A stretch of DNA of 28,677 nt from an uncultured Terrimonas sp. (lineage in GTDB: Bacteria > Bacteroidota > Bacteroidia > Chitinophagales > Chitinophagaceae): positions 1 through 28,677 of the forward strand of contig CAZGSG010000029.1 of the NCBI GenBank assembly GCA_964528095.1, given 5' to 3'. Position numbers and translations under genes: made by a program. The notes below the pieces were generated by a model. That model was given only the letters and a program-made list of their open reading frames with translations, searched no databases and was not told where the DNA came from. This document shows positions 26,824-28,677 of the stretch, one piece after another (position 1 is the stretch's first letter; each line of letters opens with the position of its first letter).

Positions 26824-27699
26824 ATGTTTCGAAAAAAAATAAGACGGATAGTTCATTTCCCGTTCACAATTAAGCCCTTCGACTCTTTACTGGCGGGTTT
26901 GATGACGCATTGCAAAGACGGCAATGTGTTACGTAAACTTATACCAGGCAACGACGAGTTTAAACCAGGCACATTCAGAAACTGTACCCGGCACGGGATT
27001 AGTTACAGGTTGGATATAAATGATTATCAATCATGGCTTATTTATTTTTCTTTTGAAGCAGACTCTTCAGCGAAAATCCTTGAATTTGTAAACCAGGGCG
27101 ATTGTGTGATCGATATTGGAGGGAATATTGGCCAGACGGCATTATCTCTTTCGGGAAAAGTAGGAGAAAAAGGCAAAATTCTTTCTTTTGAGCCCTACCC
27201 CCGAACAGCAGGTCAATTCAAAACAAATTTACAGTTGAACAGGACTATCGGCAATATTAAACTTGTGGAGCTTGGATTGGGTGATAAGCCCGGCTCGTTT
27301 ACTATGTACCAGGATTGTGTTACCAATTCCGGGGCAAACCGCGTTTCATTAAATGAGGGGATTGAACTGGAGGGAATGCAAACCATAAATATCACGACAC
27401 TTGATAACTATTTATCTGCTGATCCCCTGCCAGCAATAAATCTGTTGAAAATAGACGTGGAAGGATTTGAAATGAGAGTATTGAAAGGAGCTTCCAAAAC
27501 GATTGATGCCTACAAGCCGCGTATTTTTATGGAGGTCAACGAAAAAAATTTAAAATCGCAGGGTGATAGCGCCAGGGACATATTTGACTATCTCAAAACT
27601 TTTAAATACAATATCAGGGATGTAGATGAAGATATTGTTATTGAAAATTATCAGTATCTCCAGAACAAACATTGTGATATATATTGCTGGGTAGACTAA
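26824..27699 (+). CDS. FkbM-family SAM-dependent methyltransferase.
   Basis: VIDIGGNIGQTALSL...FEPYP...IDVEGFEMRVLKGA. Confidence 0.7.
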   Translation: MFRKKIRRIVHFPFTIKPFDSLLAGLMTHCKDGNVLRKLIPGNDEFKPGTFRNCTRHGISYRLDINDYQSWLIYFSFEADSSAKILEFVNQGDCVIDIGGNIGQTALSLSGKVGEKGKILSFEPYPRTAGQFKTNLQLNRTIGNIKLVELGLGDKPGSFTMYQDCVTNSGANRVSLNEGIELEGMQTINITTLDNYLSADPLPAINLLKIDVEGFEMRVLKGASKTIDAYKPRIFMEVNEKNLKSQGDSARDIFDYLKTFKYNIRDVDEDIVIENYQYLQNKHCDIYCWVD

Positions 27700-27742
27700 A
27701 AGAGTTCCAGTTACTCTTAAATAAAATATAACCAGACCTTAC

Positions 27743-28654
27743 ATGGATCAAAAACAGTTTTTCTTTTCCATAATCATTCCCTCTTATAATCGCGCATACC
27801 TGATTGAAAAGACATTAGATAGCCTTTTTAACCAGACTTTCCAGGATTTCGAAATTATTGTGGTAGATAATAAATCAACTGACAATACCGTTGAGGTGCT
27901 GGAAAAATACGTAAAGGATAACAGGATCAGGTTATTTGTACAGGACAAAAACTATGAAAGAGCGCGTTCCCGTAACAAAGGATTTGATGAAGCGAAAGGA
28001 AAATTTGTAACGCTGCTGGATTCGGATGATATTTTGTATCCTTCGTGTCTTGAGGATGCATATCAATACCACCTGTCCAATCCCGGTATAAAACTTTTTC
28101 ACTGCGGTTACCAGGTCATTGATGAACAGAACAGGGTAGTATCAAAAGGCAGTATTACGCCACCTGTCAATCCTTTTAAAGAACTGGCGATGGGGAATTA
28201 TATTTCCAATATCGGGGTTTTTATAAGCAGGGAACTGGTTACGAAGATAAAAGTGGACGAAACACCGGTTTTGATCGGTATGGAGGACTATGATTTTATC
28301 ATGCATCTTCTCTTTGAAGCAAAAGAAATCGGGTTTATTAAAAAAATCAATTGTGGGGTTTTGCTTCATCCACAGCGTACTGTTTTGACACAGGAGATGC
28401 CGACAATTGTGAGAAGGGTTCAATACTTTGTAGATAAAAATATCAATAGTGAGTTATTCCGGAAGGATTTTGCGGATTACAGGAAAGCATTTATATCAAG
28501 TAATCAGCTATATCTTTGCGGGGCTGCGGCCACAAGAGGCTTGTCTGTACAGGCTTTTGGGTTCCTGTTCAAATCGGCAAAAAGTAATATAGTTGATATT
28601 TTCACTATTAAATACTGGAAGCATTTTTTAGTTATCATAAAATACATGTTTTAA
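27743..28654 (+). CDS. Glycosyltransferase family 2.
   Basis: FSIIIPSYNRAYLIEKTLDSLFNQTFQDFEIIVVDNKSTDNT and a DxD-like LLDSDD. Confidence 0.8.
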   Translation: MDQKQFFFSIIIPSYNRAYLIEKTLDSLFNQTFQDFEIIVVDNKSTDNTVEVLEKYVKDNRIRLFVQDKNYERARSRNKGFDEAKGKFVTLLDSDDILYPSCLEDAYQYHLSNPGIKLFHCGYQVIDEQNRVVSKGSITPPVNPFKELAMGNYISNIGVFISRELVTKIKVDETPVLIGMEDYDFIMHLLFEAKEIGFIKKINCGVLLHPQRTVLTQEMPTIVRRVQYFVDKNINSELFRKDFADYRKAFISSNQLYLCGAAATRGLSVQAFGFLFKSAKSNIVDIFTIKYWKHFLVIIKYMF

Positions 28655-28677
28655 TGAAGACGATACTGATCACCGGG
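28654..28677 (+). CDS. 5' fragment of the next gene (MKTILITG...), probably an NAD-dependent epimerase/dehydratase. Truncated by the window end.
   Basis: ATG overlaps the preceding stop (taATG). Only 8 codons are visible. Confidence 0.3.

Noticed and set aside
1-28677. CRISPR array, integrase, transposase or relaxase
   Set aside because: No short direct repeats with unique spacers were found. No protein showed tyrosine or serine recombinase or DDE motifs. The mobile-element interpretation of 1-9000 therefore rests only on the tRNA array and the odd gene content.

Overview
The window looks like a Bacteroidota chromosome segment, probably Sphingobacteriia/Chitinophagia-like. This is inferred from a UpxY-family antiterminator, a Wza/Wzc polysaccharide locus, a TAnnTTTG -7 box and several diagnostic protein N-termini.

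Positions 1-9100 are accessory-like and RNA-rich. They contain:
- three small ORFs, each with its own strong intrinsic terminator;
- an array of four tRNA genes (Pro-Gln-His-Phe), some non-canonical;
- a gene pair encoding an AAA+ ATPase and an RNase-H-like protein;
- a WYL-domain regulator with palindromes in its promoter;
- a roughly 500 nt non-coding block of tRNA-like pieces that tRNA rules do not explain, including a circularly permuted T-arm / acceptor-hairpin / D-arm module reminiscent of bacterial Y-RNA-like (YrlA) tRNA mimics;
- an SPFH protein and a stand-alone RtcB RNA ligase.

Positions 9100-15000 carry an ECF sigma/anti-sigma pair, an alpha/beta hydrolase, an Asp/Glu racemase-family protein, an HTH protein, an HGSNAT-like membrane protein and a hexapeptide acetyltransferase.

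Positions 15100-28677 form a surface-polysaccharide locus: upxY-wza-wzc, a sugar epimerase, rfbB (apparent TTG start), rfbA, a large secreted protein, wzx, GT4, an FkbM methyltransferase and GT2.

Two copies of a long palindromic intergenic repeat family sit at about 8988-9072 and 14177-14328. No CRISPR array, integrase or transposase was seen. All calls come from reading the sequence; no searches were run.
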